Shown: piece by piece, positions 28,630 through 38,512 of the stretch
Layout of the letters: every line of letters begins with the position of its first letter
Position numbering within the stretch: the stretch's first letter is position 1
DNA from: a virus
DNA: 64,000 nucleotides
Reading direction: 5' to 3' (one strand)
Virus record (IMG/VR): IMGVR_UViG_3300029258_004380
Coordinates: 3,558 to 67,557 of that record
The notes under the pieces: model-generated
Seen by the model: only the letters and a program-made list of their open reading frames with translations
The model's database searches: none
What the model was told of the DNA's origin: nothing
Translations under genes and position numbers: made by a program

Positions 28630-29695
28630 CGTAAAGCAGGGTTTTGAGTTTGGGGAACTGCTCAAGTTTCTTGGGCCAGTCGCCTGCGTGGAACTTGGTC
28701 TGCGACTTGTCGATACTGGGGTGCAGCAGGAACCAGCCGCCCTTGTCCCCCGCCGAGACCACCACGCGTTCACACTTGTCGTTGACGAAGAACCGGCCGA
28801 TCTGGTAGTAGCTAAACAGGGTCTGATCGGTGTCGATCCCCAACTGCGTCTTGCGGCCCTTGTAAACCGGATGCGGCAGTCCGGTGGCCGTATAGATCGG
28901 CAGGCGAAAGCGGGCAAAGGGCGTGGCCAGTTTGTTCTTGGACACGTAGCCCACCACCCAGCGGCCGAGCTCGAAATCGTTAGAGTCGGTAATGATGCTG
29001 GTTTTGGTTCCGCCATCAAATTTCAGTTCCAGACGCTGGCTGGCGTGAAACTTCCACGCCTTGCCTCCGGGAGTGGTGGGCTCGGAGTCCTTGGTCTTGT
29101 AGTTCTCGCGGGTCTGGTTGGTGGCAATCACGCAGATCCCGGCCTTGTGGATCTTGTTAGTCACCAGCTTGCAGCCCTGGGAGACCATCTTGGGGTGGGA
29201 CATGTCTACCACGTCCATGCCCTTCTCCTCCAAGTGGTCGGTGCCGGTAGCGGCGATACCATCCCAACCCACGCAGACCGGCCTGCTGCCGCCCAGTTTG
29301 CTGACTTTCAGACAGATCTGCTCGATGAGTTTGAACACCCGCTCGACGGTGGATGTCTCGTCGTCGGCGAACACCAGCAGTTTGCTCGGGTCGCCGCCGA
29401 GAGTCGCGAAAAAGTCGTCGTCGAAAGCGCCCTCCGATTCGATCAGGATCGAATCCCCACCGAAGCGCTGGTTGTTGGCCAGGGCATAGTACAGCAGCAT
29501 GGTCTTGCCACTGGACCAATTGCCGTAGAGTTCGATGGTGCGGCCGTAGCCAAACCCGCCGCCCAGTCCGTGGTCCACTGCAGCGATCCCAGTGGGCAAG
29601 ACGTTGGTGTTCCAGACCTTGTCGGTGCCTAAGTGTCCACGTCCTGAAAATCCGTCGAACAAGTGCTCGGACTTTTTTGCGCGTTTCTTCGCCAC
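28595..29695 (-). CDS. recA: RecA/UvsX recombinase
   Basis: GGGFGYGRTIELYGNWSSGKT, TNQTR, TPGGKAWKFHASQR. Confidence 0.93.
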   Translation of the reverse strand: MAKKRAKKSEHLFDGFSGRGHLGTDKVWNTNVLPTGIAAVDHGLGGGFGYGRTIELYGNWSSGKTMLLYYALANNQRFGGDSILIESEGAFDDDFFATLGGDPSKLLVFADDETSTVERVFKLIEQICLKVSKLGGSRPVCVGWDGIAATGTDHLEEKGMDVVDMSHPKMVSQGCKLVTNKIHKAGICVIATNQTRENYKTKDSEPTTPGGKAWKFHASQRLELKFDGGTKTSIITDSNDFELGRWVVGYVSKNKLATPFARFRLPIYTATGLPHPVYKGRKTQLGIDTDQTLFSYYQIGRFFVNDKCERVVVSAGDKGGWFLLHPSIDKSQTKFHAGDWPKKLEQFPKLKTLLYDDLEIDPDRVA

Positions 29696-30021
29696 TCTTC
29701 TGCTTCTTTCAGGAGAAATCCAAGGTATTCATCAACAGAGATTTTGCCGCTGACAACATCGAAATCCCACACCTCGTAGACCCAGTCTCGGAGGTAGCTG
29801 TAGACCGGCCAGCCGTCCCAGCTAGGCTCGTACTGCGCGTCTTCGTCCTCGATAGTGTCGGGAACGCCGACAAGATCGGCGACCAATGTCAGCAGGTCTA
29901 GATTGGGAAAATCAAATTTGAGTTCTCTCGGGAGGCGGGCTCGAAAAGACTCCCACCAAGCGTCCACTCTCAGTTGCTGCTCAAGAATCTTTTTGGCCAC
30001 AGCGGGGTTAAGTTCTTGCAT
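29629..30021 (-). CDS. hypothetical protein
   Basis: AGGAG RBS. Confidence 0.65.
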   Translation of the reverse strand: MQELNPAVAKKILEQQLRVDAWWESFRARLPRELKFDFPNLDLLTLVADLVGVPDTIEDEDAQYEPSWDGWPVYSYLRDWVYEVWDFDVVSGKISVDEYLGFLLKEAEEWRRNAQKSPSTCSTDFQDVDT

Positions 30022-30032
30022 TGATTGTTCTC

Positions 30033-30260
30033 CTACTTGTCGACTCTACTCTCAGCCGCAGCTTCTCCCCCACCACCAACATCTGAATCTGGGACCGCAG
30101 CAGAACTCAACGCAGTGAGAACCTACTCCCAAGAGTATCGATATGTTCTGTCAGAAATACGAATTCTTGGAATTCTCCCCGCCGCAACCGCGCGATGCAG
30201 AGTATCCCTGCAAACGTGCAATTTTGCAGCCAGTTCATTCGCAGTAAGTAGGTCCTGCAT
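30033..30260 (-). pseudogene. excisionase-like HTH (HTH_17) with in-frame TAG at 30123-30125
   Basis: MQDLLTANELAAKLHV.RDTL.R....GRIP.IRI...YRYSWE*VLTAL. Confidence 0.7.
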
Positions 30261-30588
30261 CGGTTTCTTCTTGGGCATTTATTCCCAGTCTTTCTCGACC
30301 TCGTGAATGATCTTCTCGGAATCGACCCAGCGCCTTAGCCACTAGCCGCACAATCCGCGAGACAATGTACTGGGAGTTTAACAGGCGACCGATACCAACC
30401 CGACAACGGTGGCGACCCGGCAAGACGGACGTTACGCCTGGAATCTCCAGAATGGCTCTGGCAGTGTCAGTAGCAAAACCCTTGTCATTTTCTCCAAACC
30501 CCTGCGCGCCCTCCTGCAGGCAACCCAGCAGGTTGACATCGAAATGGATCACGCACGCCTCGGCGAATTTGTCTACGCAGTAACGCAT
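30235..30588 (-). CDS. hypothetical protein, weak NifU/Nfu N-terminal-like segment
   Basis: AGGAG RBS; ARAILEIPGVTSV. Confidence 0.55.
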   Translation of the reverse strand: MRYCVDKFAEACVIHFDVNLLGCLQEGAQGFGENDKGFATDTARAILEIPGVTSVLPGRHRCRVGIGRLLNSQYIVSRIVRLVAKALGRFREDHSRGRERLGINAQEETDAGPTYCE

Positions 30589-30596
30589 GGTTTCTC

Positions 30597-30974
30597 CTAT
30601 TGATCGAGTTTCACTTCCGCATACTGCTGAACCAGTTTCCGCATGTCGGCCAAGTGCGCCTGCACGGCGGTCATCTGTCCGGCCGAGCCCTCGCCCTCAG
30701 TGGGGCGGATGCCAGCCTGCCATAGCCGATCCATGAGTTCCTGGACCTCGGAGTTCTCCAAGACCAGCGAGGGCGGGGGCATCGCGCCCTCCTCGATCTC
30801 CTCCCAGACCACGTCGGCCAGGGCGAACACCCTACGGTCCGGAGACTTGGCGAGCGAGAGCGGCAAACGAACGAGAGCCAGCCGTACGCCTCCCCTGCCG
30901 CAATAATTCGGTTCAGCAAAAAACCGAAACTCGGAGACTTTGCCCGTAGACTTGACGCCGAGAAAATGTCCCAT
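30597..30974 (-). CDS. conserved phage hypothetical protein
   Basis: QELMDRLWQAGIRP...HLADMRKLV. Confidence 0.75.
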   Translation of the reverse strand: MGHFLGVKSTGKVSEFRFFAEPNYCGRGGVRLALVRLPLSLAKSPDRRVFALADVVWEEIEEGAMPPPSLVLENSEVQELMDRLWQAGIRPTEGEGSAGQMTAVQAHLADMRKLVQQYAEVKLDQ

Positions 30975-30987
30975 CGGTGCCTCGCGA

Positions 30988-31032
30988 GAAAACGGGGCCG
31001 GCAGGAAAAAGGCGTAGAAAGCCTGCCGGCCC
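30988..31032 (-). terminator. probable intrinsic terminator after ssb
   Basis: 11-bp stem GGGCCGGCAGG/CCTGCCGGCCC followed by a T run on the minus strand. Confidence 0.55.
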
Positions 31033-31047
31033 TGGGACCAAGAACCC

Positions 31048-32229
31048 CTATTTCAGCTGCCGCTCCAAATCCTCGGCCGTGCTCGGCAGGGCCGACTGCT
31101 GCTGGTTGACCAGCCCGGCGACCTGCTGCTCCAGACCCTCCGTCTGAGAGGGAGGCAACGGATGCTGCGAGGGTGCGGGCGCCGCAGGAGGCGCAGCTGG
31201 TGCGGCCGGAGCAGCGGGCGCCGCCGGAGCCGGTGGTGGCGTCGGCTGCTGAACCTTAAACCCACGAGCCGAGGCGGTCGTCCAGCCGCCCGAATGGTCG
31301 TGGTTCATGATTTGGGGATCACCGCCCTCCGAGACCTCGGCGGCGATCACAGCAGCGTCGCAGCTTACCACGCCTTTGGGCCCGTTGTACCAGAAGGAGG
31401 TGTTCTCCTGGACGCCCTCGGGGTAGACCACGGTGGCAGAACTGCTCGGCGCTGCGGGCGCGCTGCCACGGAAGGAGTCGTCATCGTGATCAGGCTCGAA
31501 ACCCTCGCCCTCGCGGCGGTCCTCGATCCACTGCTCCACCGTCCCGTCCAGCACGGCCTGAATATAGTCGGCCTCAGATGGCATTGTCAGCCGCTGCCAG
31601 AGGTCCTCGCCACACCACTGCTGGATCTGCTCCTCGGTTCCCAGCAGGGTCTGCTCCAGCGAGGGTCCGATCTTGTACTTGGCGACCTTATTCTTGGTCT
31701 TGCTACCCGGCGTAAAGATGATTTTCAAGTCCCTCGCGCCGCGGCCGTCGGCGTCGGGGCGGACTAGTTCCACGTCGCCCACCTCGGCGTCCTGGCAAAC
31801 CGACAACACCATCTCCAGGTTGTTGGTGGTGGTCTCCCAATACTGCGGCCCGAGTTCCTCAGCGTCGCGGTCGATCAACCACATCCCTGCGTTGTTTTTG
31901 GGCGAGAGTTTGTTCATCTGTTTGCGGGCCACCTCGTTGCCGCCGGTGGCCGCCGCAGTCAACTCGGCGTACTTCTTTTCCCAAGGACAATCGTCGTGGC
32001 CGAACTGGCTGCGGGGGATGATCTTCCAGTGTTCCTTCCAGACCGTCTTGTACTCGCGAAAGAACCAGGTCTCAGGGTTATCGCGGTCGTAGGGCACCGG
32101 CGCGCCGGGTGTGGTGGCGTTAAAGGGGGAGATGATCCGCACGCGGTTCAGACCCTCCTTGGGTTTCCACCACTGCACCTTTTTGCCGGAGTTCTTCAGC
32201 TGGTTGATCTTCTGGTCATACTTTCCCAT
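31048..32229 (-). CDS. single-stranded DNA-binding protein (T4 gp32-like)
   Basis: WWKPKEG.NRVRII, DCP, IDRD, G.RDLKI; Pro/Ala linker; replication context. Confidence 0.7.
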   Translation of the reverse strand: MGKYDQKINQLKNSGKKVQWWKPKEGLNRVRIISPFNATTPGAPVPYDRDNPETWFFREYKTVWKEHWKIIPRSQFGHDDCPWEKKYAELTAAATGGNEVARKQMNKLSPKNNAGMWLIDRDAEELGPQYWETTTNNLEMVLSVCQDAEVGDVELVRPDADGRGARDLKIIFTPGSKTKNKVAKYKIGPSLEQTLLGTEEQIQQWCGEDLWQRLTMPSEADYIQAVLDGTVEQWIEDRREGEGFEPDHDDDSFRGSAPAAPSSSATVVYPEGVQENTSFWYNGPKGVVSCDAAVIAAEVSEGGDPQIMNHDHSGGWTTASARGFKVQQPTPPPAPAAPAAPAAPAAPPAAPAPSQHPLPPSQTEGLEQQVAGLVNQQQSALPSTAEDLERQLK

Positions 32230-32248
32230 CGTCTTCTCCTCACGCTAA

Positions 32249-32782
32249 CTAGGTTTGGTGTCGGTTGTGATATCCTGCGCGCACGGCGTCCGAGTCGTGG
32301 CGCTGCTGCAGGGCCTGGTCGCCCTGAAAATCTGAGAGTGCCAGTTCACGGCACTGGCGAGAGTTGATCGACTGCAGGGCGCTTAGGCGATTGTCTACCG
32401 CCCGGGCAATCGCCAAGAGGCGTTTCCAGAAGGTGTAGCGGCGGTCCTGCTCACGGCGGGCCAGCTGGCAGACGGCCATCAGCTGGGCGGCCTCGTCCAG
32501 CGTCTTGTCGGTACACTTGGCGCCTGCAGCCAAGAGATCGTGACGGGCCTTACGGCGGCAGTCAGCCTCTACGTTGTCGGCGGTGCGGACGAACTCCTTG
32601 TAGACCCCCTCAGCGTAGCCGGCCAGCTGCGCCCACTGCCAGTAGTTGTGGGCGTGGTGCCTGAGATCCTCCAGCACGTCGTCGTCATGATGGACGACAT
32701 CGTCCCGAGACTCGGCCTCCATCTCCTGCGGGTTATCTAAATATTGCTCGTAAAGTTGAGCGATCGTCTTCTGCCGCCTCAC
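32249..32782 (-). CDS. UvsY-like recombination mediator (tentative)
   Basis: Helical; K.TDK.L...AVDNR.SALQSI; adjacent to ssb. Confidence 0.5.
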   Translation of the reverse strand: MRRQKTIAQLYEQYLDNPQEMEAESRDDVVHHDDDVLEDLRHHAHNYWQWAQLAGYAEGVYKEFVRTADNVEADCRRKARHDLLAAGAKCTDKTLDEAAQLMAVCQLARREQDRRYTFWKRLLAIARAVDNRLSALQSINSRQCRELALSDFQGDQALQQRHDSDAVRAGYHNRHQT

Positions 32783-33093
32783 TGGTCAAACTCGTTCTCG
32801 GCCTCATCCCAAAGTTCCTCCTCCCCAGCAAAATCATCCAGATCGTCCTCCTCATCCAAGTCCTCCTCGTATGCCAGCTCCTCGTCCTCGTCAGCCTCCT
32901 CGCCCTCGGCGTCGTAGAGCGTCAACAGGTCCTCGGCCATCTCCGCCCACCGGTCGGCGAACGCCTGCAAAAACGCCTCCTTGTCCTCGACGCGGATCAC
33001 GATGGCGTGTCCCTCACCCCCCTGATCGAACTCGGTATAGTAGTAGCCCTCGGCGTAGAGAGCATCGAGATCGAGTCTGAGGTGACTGCTCAT
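32779..33093 (-). CDS. highly acidic small protein
   Basis: ATGA coupling; D/E-rich C-terminal half. Confidence 0.75.
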   Translation of the reverse strand: MSSHLRLDLDALYAEGYYYTEFDQGGEGHAIVIRVEDKEAFLQAFADRWAEMAEDLLTLYDAEGEEADEDEELAYEEDLDEEDDLDDFAGEEELWDEAENEFDQ

Positions 33094-33374
33094 CGTGACA
33101 CTAGGTGGGGAACCACTTCCAGTAATTCAGCGAGGACCTCCGGCCCTAAGGAAAATTCCCCGTAGGGCGACCCCATCACTACCTGCGGACAGGTCCCGGC
33201 CGCCTCAGGGCTCTGACTGATCTCCAGCACGTAGCGCAGTACGGCATTGCGGAAGGGCTGGGGGAGTTCCCCCCAGAGAGCGCGGGCGGCGTGCTGCCGA
33301 CGCTGCCGGTAGAGCGCAATCGCCTCTTTGAGCAGTTGCCAGCTGGTCGGCGGGCGGGTTTGTCCTTGGGCCAT
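33090..33374 (-). CDS. hypothetical protein (probably leaderless)
   Basis: ATG lies 6 nt after TATAAT. Confidence 0.6.
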   Translation of the reverse strand: MAQGQTRPPTSWQLLKEAIALYRQRRQHAARALWGELPQPFRNAVLRYVLEISQSPEAAGTCPQVVMGSPYGEFSLGPEVLAELLEVVPHLVSR

Positions 33375-33379
33375 GATGA

Positions 33380-33415
33380 TATTATACAATGATCTCAGAA
33401 ACCATCTGCAAAATT
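33380..33415 (-). promoter_or_regulatory. promoter motif shared with 13996-14031
   Basis: AATTTTGCAG..GGTT....A.ATCATTGTATAATA; 27/36 ungapped identity. Confidence 0.7.
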
Positions 33416-33450
33416 CTTTACTTAATGGCGCCCATAAGTCCCCACAGCAC

Positions 33451-35943
33451 TCAGCCAATGCTCCGAGTCTTTAGATCAACATCTTTCAGCGCCCCCCAAG
33501 TAAGCCCCGCCTTGAGGTCCACCACAAGGGGAACCGTCAGCCAGTCAAACGCCAGCCCCTCCATCACCACCTTGACCGCCTCGGCTGCATCCCAAAAGCG
33601 GTCCTTAGGCATCGAGGAGATGATCGAGTCGTAGACGGTCAGCACGGGGCGGGCAGAGATCTGCAGTCTCTTAAACACGTAGACCACTCTAGGCAGCGAG
33701 AGCAGAGTGAAATCGCTGGCAGTGCTCTGAATGGGAAAGTTGTAGCCCTGGCGGATGGCCTCGGCGGTGATCTCGGCGTACCGTCGTCGCATGCCGAAAT
33801 GGGTCTCCTGAAACCCCCGGGTCCGCAAGATCCGCTCCTGCTCGGCTATCCACGCCCACATATCGGGAAAAGTCTTCCGGTGGTTGGCGTAAAACCCCAG
33901 AGCCTCCTCCTCGGTGTTGCCGGCAGCGATGAACCGCTTGATGAGCGTGTTCTCGCCCATCCCATAGATCACGCCAAAATTGATCGCCTTGGCATTGCGA
34001 CGCTGAACGGGTGTGACCTCGGCAAGAGGTACACCACAGGCAGCGGCAGCAGTGGCGGCGTGCATGTCCTCGCCAACGCGAAAGATCCGCAGCATCTCCT
34101 TATCGCCAGAGAGACAGGCCAGCACCCGCAGTTCGATCTGCGAGTAGTCGGCCTCCAGCAGTACGTGTCCATCCTCGGCCGTAAACAGCCCCTTAATCTG
34201 GGCGCCGTCCTCCAACACCTTGCCCGCCTTCTCCGGCGAGGTGATGTTGTTGAGGTTGAGGCTCTCGCTGGTAGGGCGGCCGGTGACCGTGCCGTGGAGC
34301 TTATAGGAGGTGTGTGCCCGACCGTCGGCCTCAGAGGCGGCGATCAAACCACGCACCTCTTTGCTAGCAAGCTTTTGCAGGGCGCGGAGAGTGACAATCT
34401 CCGAGACGCAGGGCTCGTCGCTGTAAGTATCCATCACCTCTGCGTCCACCGAATACTCCCCGCCAGCAGTGGTTTTCAGCCTCGGTAGCTTGAGCACATG
34501 CTCCATCAGATTGCGGACCTGCGGATCGCTCAGCGGGTTGAACTCCTTGCCCTGAGCCAACGACCATGCCTTTACGGCGTCAAAGGTCCCCAACTGCCTG
34601 CGGATCTTCTCTATCCTCTCGGTCAAGTACGTTTCGAGCCGCTTGAGGTTCTCGCGGTGGATGGGCACGCCCCGATACTCCATGTCCATCAGCACGTTGC
34701 CCGCCGGCAGTAGCAGTTCCCGCAAGCGCCACCACTGCAGTTCGTTCAACTGCCCCTCAAACACCTCACGCAATCGCCAAGTGGCGTCCACGTCGCGACA
34801 GAGGTACTCGCACAGACGATTGGTGTCGGGAATGCAGAAGGTTGACTTCCAAGGGGCCATCGTGGTGAACAACAGCGCCAGCTGCTCCAGATCGTGGGTT
34901 CCCTTCTCCTCGTCCAAGAGGTAGTGAGCCAACATCGTATCAAACGTGATCCGGCAGTAGTCTACGTCGAACTGGTGGCGAACCCACTTTTGGTCGAAAG
35001 CCACAAAGTTGTGACCAAAGACCTCCTTGGTTCTCAAGAGTTCGGCAATGCGGGGGACGAGATTGTCTTCCACAAACCTGTCGGGCCAGTAGTGCAGAGT
35101 GTTGAGCCCGCGAGCAAAGAGGGGGATCGCCCGGCCGATGCCGGGGCCAAAACTAAACCCGACGGCGATCACCCGACAGTCGTCGTAGGGAAACAGGCGA
35201 GGCCGAAAATTGGTATCGCCGGTCTCCAAGTCGCAAGCCAGGTAGTCGTGCTGGGCAAACTCAGCAAAGAAGCGGTCGCAGTCAGCCTCGGTGCGGGCCA
35301 CTTGGTAGTTGGTGGGGATGTCGCCGCCTCGCTGGATGGTGCCCGCCTCGACCTGCCCGCGTATCCAGCGGAGGTCCTCGACCATCGACTGGTAGAGTGT
35401 CTGGTGCCCGGCCCGGTCCTCAGTGTGAAAGAGCATCGCAGGCTGACGGATGGGAAACACTAGCACCGAGTAGCCCACATCCAGAGCGCAGGGCAACCCC
35501 CGGCGGCGGAGCTTTTTCAGCCCTGTCTGCCCAGTCAACCAAGTCAGGGCCTCAGCCCCGGCGGCAAGGATTACCTTGGGGCGACGATGGCGAATCTCCT
35601 CGACCAGATAGTCCTGACACTGCTGCACGTGTCGCTTGAGGACATTCTTGCCGTGTGGGCAACACTTGATCACGTTGGTTACATAGCAGCTGCGAACGTC
35701 GACCCCGGCCGTCTGCAGCAATTCCCGCAACAGTCGGCCGTTGCCTCCGGCCATCGGGTACCCCCGGCGGTCGTCCTCCACTCCTGGGTGCTTTCCCACG
35801 ATCATGTATGTCGGCGTGCTGTTGCCGGTGCCACCCATACGGTTGGTCTTTAGTTCCGGTGAGGAGCAGAGATCGCAGGCGGCGCACCGCAGATCGGTGC
35901 GGACCTTTCCGTCGACGACGTGTAGCAGGGATAGTTGAGGCAT
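33451..35943 (-). CDS. polA: family A DNA polymerase with N-terminal UDG-family-4-like domain and 3'-5' exonuclease
   Basis: CAACDLC...TNVIKC; DLET, HN..FD, DTML, DV; DYSQIELR, AKAINFGVIYG, VYDS. Confidence 0.95.
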   Translation of the reverse strand: MPQLSLLHVVDGKVRTDLRCAACDLCSSPELKTNRMGGTGNSTPTYMIVGKHPGVEDDRRGYPMAGGNGRLLRELLQTAGVDVRSCYVTNVIKCCPHGKNVLKRHVQQCQDYLVEEIRHRRPKVILAAGAEALTWLTGQTGLKKLRRRGLPCALDVGYSVLVFPIRQPAMLFHTEDRAGHQTLYQSMVEDLRWIRGQVEAGTIQRGGDIPTNYQVARTEADCDRFFAEFAQHDYLACDLETGDTNFRPRLFPYDDCRVIAVGFSFGPGIGRAIPLFARGLNTLHYWPDRFVEDNLVPRIAELLRTKEVFGHNFVAFDQKWVRHQFDVDYCRITFDTMLAHYLLDEEKGTHDLEQLALLFTTMAPWKSTFCIPDTNRLCEYLCRDVDATWRLREVFEGQLNELQWWRLRELLLPAGNVLMDMEYRGVPIHRENLKRLETYLTERIEKIRRQLGTFDAVKAWSLAQGKEFNPLSDPQVRNLMEHVLKLPRLKTTAGGEYSVDAEVMDTYSDEPCVSEIVTLRALQKLASKEVRGLIAASEADGRAHTSYKLHGTVTGRPTSESLNLNNITSPEKAGKVLEDGAQIKGLFTAEDGHVLLEADYSQIELRVLACLSGDKEMLRIFRVGEDMHAATAAAACGVPLAEVTPVQRRNAKAINFGVIYGMGENTLIKRFIAAGNTEEEALGFYANHRKTFPDMWAWIAEQERILRTRGFQETHFGMRRRYAEITAEAIRQGYNFPIQSTASDFTLLSLPRVVYVFKRLQISARPVLTVYDSIISSMPKDRFWDAAEAVKVVMEGLAFDWLTVPLVVDLKAGLTWGALKDVDLKTRSIG

Positions 35944-35949
35944 TTTTTG

Positions 35950-36594
35950 TTACCCCGCAGAGAGTTCCCCCGCAAGATAGGCACGACCTATCGCCATCCG
36001 CGACAGCTTGTTGGCTTCCTCGTAGTGGGCGCAATCAGTGTGGTTGGAAATGGCGTGGATAAATCTCTCTGCTACCACGTCCCAAAGTAGGGATTTTGGG
36101 TACTTGACCGAGAACACGGAGGCAATGTGGAACAACAGCAAGCAGTCGTCTCCCAGACAACCGATGTTCTTACGTTCGTTAACCGCAGGTATGTAGGTGC
36201 CGTTCTGCTGAACAAAGCATCCATTCCTAAGGTTGTAGATCCCGTCGTGAACGTGACAAGTCACCGCCTCGACATACTGCGAGCACACGCGGAGTTTGAC
36301 CGGACCGGTTAACCAGTAGTGCCAGAGCGGGTCCTCGTGCAAAACTTTCTGGTAGAGGTGACTGAGCAGAATTGCGTAGTCCTCATGCCCGGCTCCCTCT
36401 GAAGATATCAGCAGTTCAACCAGAGGCGGTGCTTCTCCCTGTAGCAGATGCTCCCGCCTATCGGCCACCTTTCGAGGCTGGTCCGAGTTGGCATTCTCCT
36501 GAGCCTACGAGTCAAAGGAACTCTGGTACATTTCGGGGTGGTCTACCACGTCTACGTTGGGCAGACCGTCGGCCGTTTCGTTGTTCTCGTTCAT
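35950..36594 (-). CDS. hypothetical protein with in-frame TAG at 36505-36507
   Basis: GGAG-ATG at 36594 is in frame with ORF 35950..36468. Confidence 0.55.
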
Positions 36595-36607
36595 TTCGTT
36601 CTCCATG

Positions 36608-36823
36608 TTAGTGGGGTTCCCGCCAGAGCAGCATGCAGTAGCGGCACTGTCTAAGTTCCTCGCCGCCGTGGGGGTAGTTGTCGTGGGTCACTCTCTTGCT
36701 GCGCGAGCGGCGAGATCCGCAGCGAGGGCATTTCGGACGGGTATGGTGGTAACACACCAACACCGCGCAGCCGACCAGCAAGACGGCCATCACCGGTGAG
36801 TAAAAGACAAAGTAGTAGTACAT
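36608..36823 (-). CDS. membrane-anchored zinc-ribbon protein
   Basis: Hydrophobic N-terminus; CPRC...CRYC; TAATG coupling. Confidence 0.65.
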   Translation of the reverse strand: MYYYFVFYSPVMAVLLVGCAVLVCYHHTRPKCPRCGSRRSRSKRVTHDNYPHGGEELRQCRYCMLLWREPH

Positions 36824-38512
36824 TATCCGGGCGTTCTCCTTTTGGGCGGTAGTTCTCGTAGAATCTCCTCAACCAGCGTAATTCGCCGTCCGATCCATTG
36901 CAGCACAGGCACAGCAATGCTGTTACCCAACGCCTTGTATCGCGGACCGTCTGGGCACTTCTCGCGGGGTTTGTTTCGCCAGGGGATCAGGGTGTAACCG
37001 TCGGGAAAACCCATCAACCTCTCGCATTCGCACACCGACAAACGTCTTACCTCTGCGCCAGCGACAATACCCTCCTGGCGGCGACTACCCTTGTTGGCGT
37101 CGATGGTGGCGTGAACGTCCAACTCTCGCACGCCGCTCTGTGATTCCTTCTGGCCCCAGAGTCGCCCGTAGCTGGCGGACACCGGCGCGGACACCGGCGC
37201 GGTGTGCTGTACCAGAAAGGTCTCGGTCTCGAAGTCTATCCGGCCGCTGCCGCCCTTGGCACTCAGGGCACCGGCAGTGTCGATAGGCCCGGAGGTGTTG
37301 TTGTGACCGTAGGCCACTGCGGTAACTGGGTCTCCGTGGGTATACCCGCCGCGAATCTTGTGACAGGCGGAACAGGGAAAGTTTAGTGTGCCCACAAACG
37401 AATGGCCGCAGTCACACGTCATCTGCCAAAGTTCCAAGAACTGTGTCGCCTTAGGGTAGGCCACCAAATTGGTGTCGTCTTCGCACCGCCGTCCTGCGTA
37501 GCCACCCCTCCCGGCAGACTCTGCACCGCGAGTGAGTGTCGCGGCTGTAGCCGGACAAATCACTAGATTGTCGCTACCGTCGCCTCGTGGACTCGAATGG
37601 CCGTGGTGTCCAGCACTGGCAGCAACAGTGTTGGTGGTATTGTCGCACACCACCAGTGTCTGTGTGCAGTCGCTGTCGGGGCTACCCTTTGCATCGCGAC
37701 TGAGAACCGTTGTAGCCACTAAGTGCTCGCCGGGTTCGGTCCTGAATCCCCCTTCGTTGCCACCGCTGTTAAGGCACGCCGCAGCCGCTCGGGGATCTCC
37801 CAGCCCCGTTTCTCGGCTCGGCGGAGAATCCCCCGACAGGCTCTGGGGCTCAAAAAGTACCGCTGCGGCAGATCTCCAGTCTCCAAAATATCCGACAAGA
37901 AAGACACGACGGCGTCGCTGTGGAACTCCAAAGTGTTGAGCATCAAGAACCCGGTAGGCGAACCCATACCCGAGTTCTGCCAGTGCCCCGAGCAAGGTGC
38001 CAAAATCCCGTCCTTTCGGCTTGCCGGAGGACAACACACCGGGGACGTTCTCCCAGACCAACCATCGGGGGCGTGTGTAGCCAGCAAGCTGACAGAATCT
38101 GAGGGCCAAGTTACCACGCGGATCATCCAAGCCTTTTCTGAGTCCGGCGACTGAGAACGATTGGCAGGGGGTCCCCCCCAACAAGCAGGTCGATTCTTCC
38201 TCTGGCATCTAGCATATCTCCAGTGATCCTCGTTATGTCGCCCAGATTGGGCACTTGCGGATAATGGTACCCCAGAACCTCGCTGGGAAACCTCTCGATC
38301 TCCGAGTACCACGCCGCCCGCCACCCCAGCGGTCCCCAGGCCGCACTCGCCGCCGAGATCCCCGAGCAGGCGCTGCCGAAAACCAGACCGCGCATCCGCA
38401 TGATGTCCAGTTCTCGTTGGTGTTCCTCGCGCTGGTGCTGTACCGACAGCCGGGCGAGAATCTCAGCGTAGTGTCCCCTACGGTCGTCCTTTTTTCGTCG
38501 TCGTGCCATCAA
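36823..38512 (-). CDS. C5-cytosine DNA methyltransferase, frameshifted at G7 tract (38173-38179)
   Basis: Motif I (SACSGI), SEI and GDI in frame 38123..38512; GGTPCQSFS, ENVPG, QRRRRVF, ECERLMGFP and KALGNS in frame 36823..38208. Confidence 0.9.
37719..38130 (-). CDS. alternative-frame ORF inside the C5 MTase (M.EcoHK31I beta-like)
   Basis: LSDILETGDLPQRYFLSPRACRGILRRAEKRG; start uncertain. Confidence 0.6.

Noticed and set aside
31170-31245. GC-rich short repeats
   Set aside because: They encode the Pro/Ala linker of SSB
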